A stretch of 64,000 bases of DNA, taken from Paramecium tetraurelia. Lineage: Eukaryota. The notes below the pieces were generated by a model, which had not been told where the DNA came from, did not search any database, and worked only from the letters and a program-made list of their open reading frames with translations. Numbering within the stretch: position 1 is the stretch's first letter; each line of letters opens with the position of its first letter. Made by a program: the position numbers and the translations under genes. Shown one piece after another: positions 51,973 to 64,000 of the stretch. The stretch lies in the NCBI GenBank assembly GCA_000165425.1, contig CT868035.1, positions 1 through 64,000 on the forward strand. The letters run 5' to 3'.

Positions 51973-53304
51973 ATGGACTCACTTTAAGACACTGAGTTTT
52001 TGGATCTGGTTGAAAAATGTTAGAAAATAATAGATTAGTACGAATAGGATGATGAAATTTCTACTGTTTTGTTAATTGGGAACCATTATTCTGGAAAAAG
52101 TACTGTTTTCAACTTCTTGAGTGGTGCAAATTTTAACTTTAATGATGAAGCAAAATAAATCGAAATAGCTAACAAATAGGATAAATTTTCTTAGATGAAT
52201 AATGGAACAAAATCTATTACAAAGACACCACTAAATGTCTATAAAAATAATTAAAATAATCATGTAATTATTGATTTTCCTGCTGAATTTTTAAACACTG
52301 ATAAATCTAAAGATCAATAATTAATTAAACTTTTATTTAACAAGGTTGTAACTTCAGGACCGATTAAACTTATTTACATTTTATAATGTTATGATGATTG
52401 CCTTCCAAATAGAGGAACTGATCTTGTACATTTCTCGAAAATGTTGAATAATCCGAATTTTAGTTTACTATTAAATAAAAATCATTCTGAGAAATCAGAT
52501 GAGTAACTGATTTGTAAAATAAAAAAATAATGGGAGGAAAGTTATTAGATTAATTTTAATAAGACACCAAAAAAAGTTGAATAAATTCATATTTTAAAAA
52601 AAGCATACAAAAACTCATTAGAAGTAATTTTTAATGATTACTCGCGTAAAACTTTATGGTGTTTGATTGAATAAGCTAAAGAAATAGAAATTAAACCATT
52701 AGAAATACCTTATGGAGATGAGCTTAATTTATATAAAAATAATTTAGAATGGGAATTTGTTAATGATTATTTGAATCATCTCTTATAAGAGAATTAAAAT
52801 TAGAAGGATTAGAAATAAACTGAAAATGATGAAGAAGGTATTTATGAAAATATGTAAGAATTATTTTATTTTGTAAAAATAAGAAATCAGAAAACAGCTT
52901 TATAATGGTATTAAAAATTCTTTGAACTTTGCAATAAAATAATACAAATTACATCAATTAACAGCAATAAAATGGTGGAAAGTAAAAATTTCCTAAAAAT
53001 ATTCTAATATTTAGAATAGGGATTTAATAAAATCAATTGCTAGAGTAATTTGGATGTAATAATTTCATTTGTAAAAAATTAATTATAAAATATTGAAGAA
53101 ATCTATCAAAAGAGAAAATAATATCTAAATATATAGCAAAATCTTGAAAAGAAAATGAACCTATAATTTAAAGAAATTTAGAATACAATAAAAAAATTGT
53201 TAGAAGGATAGTTCCAATTGGAGAAAGAGAATTTACGATTGAAAACAGAGAATGAGAAAGAAAAATTGTAAAGGTAAATACTAGAAAAATAACTTAAATT
53301 ATGA
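51973..53304 (+). CDS. P-loop GTPase-like protein (AIG1/MMR_HSR1-like G domain plus coiled coil), 443 aa
   Basis: VLLIGNHYSGKSTVFNFLSG (G1), SITKTP (G2), VIIDFPA (degenerate G3). 1332 nt from ATG to TGA. Confidence 0.8.
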
Positions 53305-54032
53305 ATAATTGATATTAAATTTTATCAAAATAGTTATAATCTATTCTTGTTATTAATATTATATGCTACGAAACAACTTTTTAAATTTAATATTACACTT
53401 CCTTATATTATCAGTCAATTAATACTGGTTTGAATATTGATTAAATTTCTTCTAATATATTATCCTTTTAGCTTTATTTTCACTCGATCAAACTTTTCTT
53501 AGAATCTTAACATTGTTAATATTGTTTTCAATTTCTTAATTTATAATATAGTTATAAACTAAATTTGATTTTTGAATATTCTTATTAACAAAATGATTTC
53601 TCTTCAACAGATATTTTGGTAAAAAGAATAAGATTGATTTCCTATTGCTTTAGCTGATTAATTGTATAGGAATAGGAATAAATACATTAAATTTGATTCT
53701 TATGATTATTTGTAAATGAAGGCCGAGTTTCAATTTTCTAATCTATTTCGAAACTTTCATTTTGACTAATTTTATGAATGTTGCAGGTTCCATATTTTAC
53801 CTACTATTATTCTTATTTTAATTATTATTTAGTGCAGTATTTACTCAAATAGACTAATTTCAATTATACTGCCTCAACATTATATTGAAATACTGAGAGA
53901 GTATAAAATCTTCAAATCAGTCTCGCTTTTGCATCATCCCCAAATCAAATGAATCAATTTAAGTGCTTCTGAGTGTATGAACATATATAAGTAATACTGT
54001 TTTATATATTTTTATTTATATATTTTAATATT

Positions 54033-54399
54033 TCAATATTTTTATCTACGAACACCTGCCAAACATGCTCTATAAATATTTCTAGGGTTTTCTGGGAACA
54101 TATCAGCGTGTATTCTTAAATCTTCAATATTGTCTTAAAATAATTGTATTTTTTGATACCCAATTCTCCCTTTTTGGTCCACATAGCTTCTGCTGTATAC
54201 CTTTTGCACATGCCTTCTGCTTCTTATCTTAAAACAGAATCATTCACTCTTCCAGTAGCATAATCACATCCTTTCCAGCAAATTTGGATTGATGGGTTGT
54301 ACCATGAGAAGACATCCTAACACATGGCATAACATGTGCCTCCATTATATCTCAAAATTTGACCGCCTTTTAATAGCATAAATTCAAACCTGTTGCCAT
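54033..54399 (-). CDS. Small Cys-containing protein, 105 aa
   Basis: Introns of 23 and 26 nt give MATGGQILRYNGGTCYAMCQDVFSWYNPSIQICWKGCDY...RACLAGVRRQKY-TGA. Confidence 0.8.
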
Positions 54400-54488
54400 T
54401 AAATTGAAAATATAAAATTAATAATAATAAAGGAGAGATTATTTAGATTTAGATTAATTTATAGAAATAAATCATATAATATTAATTA

Positions 54489-57022
54489 TCACGCTCCTTA
54501 TGGGAATTTCATCATTTCTAATTCCTTTATGATTTCCTTAAAAGAAGGTCTCTTCTCTGGATCTCTATCCCAACATCTCTTAGTTAGTCGTGTAAAGACC
54601 TCAGGAGTCTTTTTCGGAATAGTTGGTCTAAAATCGTTATTCAAAACATCTAAAGAAACTTATAATCCAGTGATATCTAATTAATAGAATAGATTATATA
54701 CTTCTATAAGGAGGTTCTCTTGCAGCAATTTCCCATAAAATTATACCAAAACTGAATACATCGGCTTTTTCTGTATAAACTTATCCTGCAATTACTTCTG
54801 GAGCCATCCATTGATATGTTCCGATCTTGCTGGTCATGTAATTAGATAGAGTTCTAGTCCAACCAAAATCTGCTAGTTTAGTTCTAAATGCTTCATCTAA
54901 TAATAGATTTAAGCTTTTTAAATCCCTATGGAGAATAGGAGGATTGAATGAGTGTAGATACAACACTCCTTTTGCAGCATCGAGTGCCATTTTTCTACGA
55001 TCTTCCCAAGTTAAATGAATATCATGATTTTATATGACCTACCACAAAGATCCTCTTTAACAATATTCCAGTACAATTGCTAGATTAGGTGGTTTGGTAC
55101 AAGCACCAAGAAACATTACTATGTTTGGATGTCTAAGAGCTTCCATGGCATGACATTCAGACAGAAAATCTCGGATATGATTTTCATTCATTCCGTCTAT
55201 CTTAAACATCTTAACAGCCACTACTGTTTCTCTCCATTTAGCTCTGTAAATGACTCCATAGCCTCCCTCACTTATTTGTTTCTCTAACATAATGTCATTG
55301 AAATCTATGTCCAAACTAGATTAAAATATTCTATGTTTGATTGGTCTCTCTGGGGAGATCTCTAATGCAGAGATATCAAATTTAGATTATTGTTTTTTTA
55401 TTTGCCTTTAAATATATGATTCAGTTGTTTATACTTTCTGGTCTTTAACTTTTTTTTTGGATATTAATTCATTTTTCATTCTGTCATATTTTTATTGTAA
55501 TTAAATGTTTTATTATTTCAGTATTTCTTATTCGTTCCTATACTTTTCAACCTCTTCGTTTAACTTATCCTACTCTTTATGGTTATTGTCATTTTCATCC
55601 AAAATGATCTCCAGGTAAGAGGGTGACAATAATATGGAATGGAAATTACCACACACAATTCTCTGGGTTTCAGGTACTGTGAACAATAGCTTAGGTGACA
55701 TGATTCCCTTCCCATTCACACTTGGTTATCCTGTTAACTATCCATAGATATTGGAACCCCATCCATATATTTACTTATAATCTGCAGACAAAGCCATACT
55801 GTGATTTCTTCCTGCAGATACCTAGGATATAAGAGGTAATCCTGAGATCTTGATAGGAACATCTGAACTGCTCAGATCGTTGCCCAATTACCCGTGAATA
55901 TTATCTCCCATCGAGTAGACTTCCCCTTTACTTGTTAGAAATAGAGTAAACATTTCACCCATCTTCATGTCCAATACACATTACTAATTGTTGAATTCAT
56001 CTACCAATTTAATTTGAGTAGGCTGTTTATGAAAATCTTTATTGGATTTACAAAAACCCCATAGATAAGGCTTACCACCTTCGACTATGCAACCTGAATG
56101 TGCTAAGCCACAACTGATTTTCTCCACTTTGAAATGAGACAAATTCTATATCAATTTAAACTCACTGATTGTCAAGTTCTCTTGATGTCCTAATGCATAT
56201 GACTCCCCAAAACCACAAGAGAAGATTCTATTTTTGTTAGTCAATATTACAGTGTGTAATGCACCACATGCTACCTATTGAACTGCTTCATCATTTTATA
56301 AAAGAATTTAACATTAACTTTCATTGGGATTCTTTTATTTGATCTTTTCCTTCATCAATACCAGCTGCTCCATTATGTTGTCTATTGATGAGGATCTCTC
56401 CTTCAATCCTGGAGATGTTGACTAATCTGCTTCGTTGACACTCTTCATCCTCTTGTGACCCTATTATTGCTCTCTTGCCTTGCCATTGCTATTACCAAAT
56501 GGCAACAATCCATAAACAAGAGTGGGCTGACTAATGTTATCAAAACAACCCAAACCTAATTGGCCTTTCAAATTTAAACCCCAAGAATACACTTCCCCTT
56601 TGGCTGTCAACATGAATGTGTGTTCAGCACCGCAAACTACACTGGTAATTCTTTGATCTTTGAAGATTGGAGTCAATTTGGGTTGAGTGTTTGATTCATA
56701 TCCCAATTGTCCGAATTGGTTGTCCCCAAATCCTATAACTTCATTTTTATTATTCACAATGATGGTGTGATTTTCACCTGCTGAACACAAGGTCACTCCT
56801 TAGTAGTGTGGAGTGATGTTCTTGTTGTTCTTGAGGAGTTAGCCACAAGTGTTAAGTCCTACATTCTATAACACTCTTACCCCATGAGTACAATTGAGTT
56901 GTGTCTAATTGCAATTATCTTGGAGATTTCGAGAAATCACTGTATGATCTTGGTGGTCGGACATCCTTGTCCTTGAATTGTTTGAGCATCTTCCTTGATT
57001 CTGTCAAGTCATTCAATCTCAT
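54489..57022 (-). CDS. RCC1-repeat plus TKL-group protein kinase, ~828 aa
   Basis: RCC1 repeats ([33 protein letters not shown]); kinase motifs [28 protein letters not shown]. Introns of 22 and 25 nt. Confidence 0.95.
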
Positions 57023-57265
57023 ATTAGTTATTTTATTTTTAAAATTCAAATTTAATAATATTGTTAGATTATATAAATTAATTGATCCCTAAGCACTCTC
57101 CTGATAAACGATATCAAAATGGAATCGAAACAAATCAAAAATTGGGTTCAAATTGAAGACCTTCTCTTTTGAGATTCCATTTTTGAATCCCAACCTATGA
57201 ATTTCCTTCTCGCCTCTCTCTCTTACGAGGAAATGCATCTTTGCAATTTAATTAATTATTTTAAC

Positions 57266-58467
57266 ATGCAAAGAAGCCAATCGTTTTCAGAGCTCAAGGT
57301 ATTAAATAATTGCATTCCCATTGAATTCTTTGAACAGAAGGGTCCTCAATACTATTAAAATCAATTTCAATAATATTAAACTATATTCCAATAGAGTTTT
57401 GCTCTGCACACAAGATTATGCCAAACTCCATTGTAAAAGTATCAGAATTACGATTTGGGGAACACTGTAATCAAGTAGGGGACAGTCTAAATTAAAATAA
57501 ACAGCGGGAGTTTCACTAAGACCAGCATCATTTTGACGCGAGAGAAGTTGGTGATTGTGGAGGACAAGCAATGGGGACAAGTATACAATCTCAGGTACTT
57601 GGCCTACACTTTGGCATAGGTATGAATATCCTCATGTATCATGGTTAGTGTAACAAGAATCAGTTTAAATTGTTCAAGTTGGAGTTTAAGCAGTATAAGA
57701 AAATTATAATATTTAAATGCAACGATGAAATTGAGGGGAAGCTGTGGTATTAGAGCATCAGGATGATTGAGGAGAAGTTCTTGAACGAGATAGAGAAGTT
57801 GCAGGTGAAGGAGTTGTACTTTGGAGTGGATTTTGTGAGGGAAGAGGAATTCTTGAATTGGGCAGAGACAGGGGATATTCTATTGTTCGAGTAAGCACTC
57901 AATTATAAGGGAAGGACTGATCATTACATGGCCAAATTGCAAAGAGGCATCACGAGGTCGAAGTTCGATCATGTAGGCATGGTAGTCAGAGATAAGTATT
58001 CAAATGATGTGTTGGTGTTTGATGTCAAAAACTAGGCAGTAAAAAATTAAATTCGAGTTTTAGGGAGTAGATCAAGAGTTCTGGAAATACTTTATGAAGC
58101 AGAACAATCTCTACAGGAAAGTGGCGGTTAGAAAATTGTTGAATGTCGATAGGGAAACTGTAAATTGGAAACTGCTGGAATTTATTGATGTATAATTAAA
58201 AATTACAAGAAAGTTAAAGATTAAGATTACGAAATCAACATGATGAAGCTCCTGCAATAGCAAAGTGATGGACTTATCAACAAAGGGTATTTTTGCAGTG
58301 AGTTGATTGCGAAAGCGTATAAATATTGTGACTTGTTGCCTCAGTAGAAAGCAAGTTCGACTTATTGGCCAGTCACGTTCCAAAAGTCGTTGAAACTCTT
58401 GAATAAGGCCCAGTTGAGTGAGCCAATAGTTATTTTGTTGGATTATGATATACATTATTAATTATGA
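57266..58467 (+). CDS. PH-like domain plus permuted papain-like NlpC/P60 (YiiX/YebB-like) enzyme
   Basis: FKCNDEIEGKLWYQSI (PH C-terminal helix); ETGDILLF, SKFDHVGMV (His) before YFCSELIAKAY (Cys), the permuted order. 5-prime exon structure uncertain. Confidence 0.8.
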
Positions 58468-59644
58468 ATTAAAGTAATTAAAATATAGTGAATAGACATG
58501 GATTTCAGTGGAAAACAGGAATAAATTATTATCAAATCGGAGTTGCAATACTGTACATTGGACATTACTTGATAATCTTATTTCAAACCTTGGATTATGT
58601 AAAAATAGTATTTCAAAGTTATAAGAATCAACTTTGGATTTTGGTTACGCTTTTCTCATTTATCATCTCGATATTTTGGCTTGTCACCACAACAATAGAT
58701 CCTACCGATCGGGAGATTTACATTTAGCAGAAACTGAAAGAAAAGAAGTAATGAACGATGATCATTATAATGATAGTTTGAAATACGAGACTTAATTGAA
58801 TTGCTATTGCAAAGTATGTCAAGCCTATGTTAAGGCACCGTCAAAGCATTGCAGATAGTGCAACAGGTGCACAGAACTCTTCGATCATCATTGTATTTGG
58901 TTGAATAATTGCATTGGGTTAAGAAATTATAAATATTTCTTTATATTAATAGTACTTTTAGAATTTTATTTAATTACTGTACTAATTATTTCAATATTTG
59001 TCAACAAGATACTTAGCTATATATACATGGGACTCACTATTATTTTGATGATTCCCGTCACCTTTTTACTCGTCATGCACATCTACTTTAAATGCAAGAA
59101 CATGACAACCTATGATTATGTCTTATCCAAAAGGAAAATGGAATAGAAGACCTCCTAAGAAAAGTAGTAGGATGGTACATCAAATCAAACTAATCTGCAA
59201 ACCAACATCATCTCTAGAAATTATCTACAACAAACCAACATCAACGTTTAGACTGCTCCTCCGAAACCCAATCTTATCAAAAAAGTGATCAATTGGGATC
59301 AAGAGGATGCAGATGTGGAAGAAGAAGACAGCTACCACGCTAAAGAACCATTGCCATTGCCTAGTTCGAAGAGTAGTGCCAGATAAATGGATTCTTAGTG
59401 TAACTCTGCTCACAAGATGACCTGTCCCAATACTCTCAGGTAATTTAATTTAAATCTCATTGATAGAGGTAATATATCCACAATTCAATTGACTGAAACA
59501 AAACCAATCCGATCTTTGTTTAATGTGAAAGATTTTTAATAAATGATTGAAAATTAATTGGTGAATAACGTAAATGAAGGTTCCATCATTTAATTTGATT
59601 CAAAACATTCACAAAAGACTAATCAGATTGAGATCAATATATGA
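58464..59644 (+). CDS. DHHC palmitoyl acyltransferase
   Basis: [41 protein letters not shown], four TM segments, TTYD motif; TGA 59642-59644. Confidence 0.93.
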
Positions 59645-59734
59645 AAAAATTTGAGTTTAAATATATTATCCATCCCACAAAATTTTACTTCGGATTATCT
59701 TAAGATGAATGGTTTCTAATATTATTTATAAATT

Positions 59735-61630
59735 ATGTAATAAAATGAAAATGATTCTCAACACGATGACCCTCAACCATTACAAGAGGAAACCAAAGAA
59801 CAATAATAGGTTGAAAATAATATGGAGGTTAACCCAAACTAAGAACAATAAAATGAAACTGACAAATAAAATGAGCAATTCAATATTACTTCCTAATTTC
59901 CAAATCATGAATAGTAAGAAGGGAACATCGAAATAACTATACTAGACACTGAACAATAGGGTGATGCGAAAGAGACCTCAAATTAGAAAGGGGAGATCAT
60001 CAATTAAGAACAAGCACAAAATGAGTAAGAAAACATAGACTAAACTAAGTTAAATAAACAAAATTCAATCAATAACCAAAATCAGGATCCCTCTCTTTCT
60101 AATAATACCACAGTCTAGCAAGACAATAGCTAACAGAATAATAAAGTGACATAATAGGATTAGTAATAGAGTAAGGAGTAGAAACAATAGGAAAAGAAAG
60201 GGGAGGAGAATGATTAAGAAAATTAGGGATAAAGAAAAAATTAAAAAAAGAAGACCACCAAAAGGAGAACTACTAAAGTTGAAATCTAAGAAAATTAGGA
60301 AAAAAACAATCCTGCGTAATCAAACACTAATATTAACGAGGAGAAGGAAAAAGAAGAGCAAGAATAAATTTAGCAAAAAATTGAAGAATAAAAGCAAATA
60401 GAAGAATTGTAAAGAAAATAGGAATTAGAATAGTAAGAATAATTATAAAGATAAAAATAGCTAGTTGATAAGGTTTATAAGGACTTGATTTTTCCCCTTA
60501 AAAGGTCTTAAAATAAAAATGGTAAAAAATTAGATTCTAGCTTTGAAATTTAAAGCGAGAAGTTTACACTAGAGTAGGTAAGGTGTAAAAGTGCAAAAAG
60601 ATATTAAAGGGAAAGAAAGCCAAGAACAAGAAGTGCAATTAATTAGGAGTTGTTAGACTTTTACAATAAGATCAATCCTCAATAACATAAAGATCAAAGC
60701 AAAATGACACCAAATACATTACAAAGGTTAAAAAAATAATAGGAATTAGAATAGATGAAAAAAGATTGTGAAAGATTAGAAGAATAACAAAATTAATAAT
60801 AAAATGCCTTCTCTTAACCATAAAAAGAAAATAAATCTAAAACTCAGAATAAATAAAGAGCTTAAACTCAGGCCAAAAAGAAATTAGAAGTCGTTGTGAG
60901 AAAACGTAAGAAAATTAAGATTAGAAATGGTCTTAGAGAAAGAATGCTAATTGATAAAGATAAGGATTCTTAATTGAAAGCCTTAGATTTCATTAGAAAA
61001 ATGTAGTAGAATAGAATGGCAGCCGAATAAAAAAGATAAGAATAACTTGAAAAGATTACTAACAAAATTTCAAGTGATATCGAAAGTTTGCGATAAGGAA
61101 GTCAAATATATAAATAAGAGTAATAAAAATAAAAAAGAAAATAAGCATTAGAATAAATTACAAAACAAGAATAAAAAAGGTATGAAATGATGTTGGAACA
61201 ACAGAGAAATGAAAAATTTGTGAGAGAATTAAAAGAAAAGTCTGCAGTCAGTAGTCATTATAGTGTCAAAAAACTGGCATTAGGGTATTCGCCCTCTCTT
61301 GTTACAGAATTAGAAAATGGATAAATCTAAATTGAACAAATTATTGATACAAATAGAAAAATGAATGAAAATCAATTTTTACTTAAAGAAGAATAGAAAT
61401 AAAGGATAAAAGAGAATAAAATGAAATAATAAGATTATAGCAAGTAAGTAAGTTTGTTACATTTACCTAAAGTAAACAACAAGAAAAATTATGAATTACT
61501 TAATGAATAACTTTCTACTGAAAATAAGGAACCCTTGCCTTAAATCAAACAAAAACACAAAAAGGCTTGGTAAATAGAATAAGAATTGATGTAAAAAAAG
61601 CATCAAAATAGCGAATAATTGAAGGAATGA
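59735..61630 (+). CDS. Gln/Glu/Lys-rich coiled-coil hypothetical protein, ~631 aa
   Basis: 1896 nt from ATG to in-frame TGA in the ciliate code; low-complexity charged sequence. Confidence 0.75.
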
Positions 61631-61915
61631 TTATAATTTTATCAAAATTAATATAAAATACAGTATTTTTATAAAAAACCCATATTTGTTTGGACATGAT
61701 ATAATACTGAAAATAAATATTGTTATATGGAAAGTGTTTTCAATTAGAGTGTGAACGTAGTACATTGAGAATTAAATTAACAATTCTTTTGATTTTAATA
61801 TATTCATTCTGTTTTAAATTAAATATATTTAAAGTTTGAATAAAAAGGAATGGAGATGAGAATTCTTGTTAAATATTAAACATTAATGTACTATTTATTA
61901 AGCATTTGATTTAAA

Positions 61916-62227
61916 TCACTTTTTTTATGTATTTTTAACTTTTGGTTAAGCCTATGTTCCTGCTCTGAAACCATTCTTTGCTCTTCTAGCAATAGATTTC
62001 AAATATCTCATTCTTCCTGTTCCTGTTGATCTTCTTCTAGCGACTTTCTCTCCCCATCCGCTGTCTATTATTCAATTAATGGATTTACAAAGTCTCAATC
62101 TTGCAGCTGGATATCCGCATGATGCACATCTATTTTTTTAAATATGGAAAGTCTATCTGCCACATCTTTTACAAAAAGTATGAGTCTTTTGATGTCTCTT
62201 ACCGATTGCTGGAGTACCTCTTGCCAT
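61916..62227 (-). CDS. RPL37: 60S ribosomal protein L37 (eL37)
   Basis: [46 protein letters not shown]...[14 protein letters not shown]. One 24-nt intron. Confidence 0.97.
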
Positions 62228-62310
62228 TGAAATTTTAATAAAAGATTTAATTAAATATAAAAGTCATCACTAAATGAGATAATCCATTATTATTTATTTA
62301 ATTTCTTTTT

Positions 62311-62528
62311 ATGGACATTCCCCTTACAACCATTATTTTGATGAATCCTAATGGAACTATTCAAATTGGTACTCAACCCTGGTTTAAAGGCAAGAAGGTG
62401 ATGAAATGTTACTAGTGTCAGTAATCAATTCAATTATGTTTAGAAGTAACATTGTTTTTGAAGGCAAATATAACTAAATTAAATGCACTAAGTGCAACAC
62501 AGTCAATCAAGTGCCCATAATCTAATGA
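62311..62528 (+). CDS. Microprotein with LSD1-like C4 zinc finger, 64 aa
   Basis: A 23-nt intron gives ...VMKCYQCQSNIVFEGKYNQIKCTKCNTVNQVP-IIQ-TGA. Confidence 0.65.
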
Positions 62529-62600
62529 TCCAATTTATTTATGTTACAATCAACTATCAAAATAAACTATAGAATTCATATTTCATGATTTCTAATAAAC

Positions 62601-63720
62601 ATGGATCTCATTAATTCAATTAATATTTCTAATATTAAATATAAACAATAGAAATACTCAGATTTTTAGAATTCTCTTAGAAATCAGACTAGATATTTGC
62701 AGCAAAGCAATAAAAATTAGTTTTTTGTTACAACATATTTAATAGGCTATCCATATAACTAACAAATATTTTGATTATATTCTAATATATGAATTTTCTC
62801 ACTTTAGGCTTATTAATCAAATCAATAAATATGTCTACAAAAACTCAGATCAACATAGTTTATAAGCAGACCCTTTTGTTAAAACCTTGTATTTTATGAT
62901 ACTCTCCAGTACTCCTATCAATAGGTCTAAATATTAAATGTTTCATAAAACCAGGAATCTTTCTTTGCATGAATAATTTCACCATGCGATTATTTAATTC
63001 ATCTATATTAAGAGATAATTTGATAAAATAGATATTTTAATTAAATTAGTCTAATTAGTACTCAATTAAAGGATATATATAGATAGAAATATGCTAGATA
63101 AATAAATTACAGAAAATTTAATATTAAAAATACATTTATACAACATATTAAGTATGATTTTTTAAATCATAAAATCTAAATTTAAAAAATTCAAGTCAAT
63201 TTATAGATAATGAACAATAACAAAAGTTTAAGCAAGAAGTATTACAATATTACAAATAAAAAATTAAAATTAATGATAGTAAAGAATAGAAAGATAAATT
63301 AATGATGATATTGTCAAATTAGTTCGGAGAAAAATATGATAAATAATATTCAATGTTAGAAATTCTTACACATTAAGGAAATAGAAAAGGAACGATGCTA
63401 AAAGTCCAAAACCAGAGAATAATACCCTTTGAAATTGATGAATTTTAAAAAATTCATAAATATTATTAAATAAATATATAGAGAGAACTTGAAGATTTGC
63501 TTGAAATTCTAAAATAATCAAGGTTTACTTACAAGATAAAAGTTAAATTAAAAGGAAAGTGGATGTTTCTATTAACGAATAAGGAAAAATAACCTTATAG
63601 TTTATAGAATAATAAAAACTTGAATTTTGAATTAACGAAATCAATCATCAAATCATATTATATAATATTAGACTCCTCTTTCTAATACCATATAGACAAG
63701 AGCTTATTTTAGAGTCTTTA
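62601..63720 (+). CDS. Hypothetical protein(s), structure unresolved
   Basis: Long ciliate-code open stretches with frame changes I could not resolve. Confidence 0.3.
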
Positions 63721-64000
63721 CACAATACTATCAAATAAATTTTTTTATTTTTATAATTTATTGTAATATAGAAATTAATTATTTAAAACCATCAAGATAC
63801 GTAATTGCTGTTGTAAATTAAATTGTTGAGAAACAGACTTGAACAATAGTCCTCTTTGTAGGGATACTTGAAAAAGGGAAAAAAGGACAGTTTGGATCCT
63901 TCCATTGAGAAGCTCAAAGGTAAGACCTTGATATAATTTGATACTGTTATTTAATTCAATTTGTGAGTACATTTGATATTTGATGTTTTTAGAGATTGAA

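Noticed and set aside
1..64000. Apparent mass pseudogenisation from abundant TAA/TAG
   Set aside because: Ciliate code: TAA/TAG encode Gln, and RPL37, the kinase and the carboxypeptidase read intact.
63750..64000. 3-prime end of a gene running off the window
   Set aside because: Too little sequence to fix frame or product.

Overview
This is AT-rich ciliate DNA, almost certainly the left end of a Paramecium (probably aurelia-complex) macronuclear scaffold. It has mixed C4A2/C3A3 telomeric repeats at 76-164 and 20-32 nt GT-AG introns. TAA/TAG read as Gln and only TGA stops, so the supplied ORF track fragments nearly every gene; I re-translated by hand in the ciliate code. The first ~30 kb is a subtelomeric accessory zone: an assembly gap, a decayed non-LTR retrotransposon, pseudogene fragments, an ~8.7 kb NLR-like NACHT-pentapeptide-14xWD40 gene beginning LRGG-GCGS, a TPR gene built from 102-nt one-repeat exons, a Ulp1/C48 GG-cleaving protease and an intronless ~2180-aa surface antigen gene. 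Two 28-bp TA-bounded inserts break reading frames and look like unexcised IESs. From ~31.6 kb the DNA is a compact run of ordinary genes: vWA protein, serine carboxypeptidase, TraB protein, trichocyst matrix protein, SLC26 transporter, Clu-domain protein, GTPase, RCC1-TKL kinase, PH-permuted papain protein, DHHC acyltransferase, RPL37 and several small proteins. All gene models are manual and unverified by database search.
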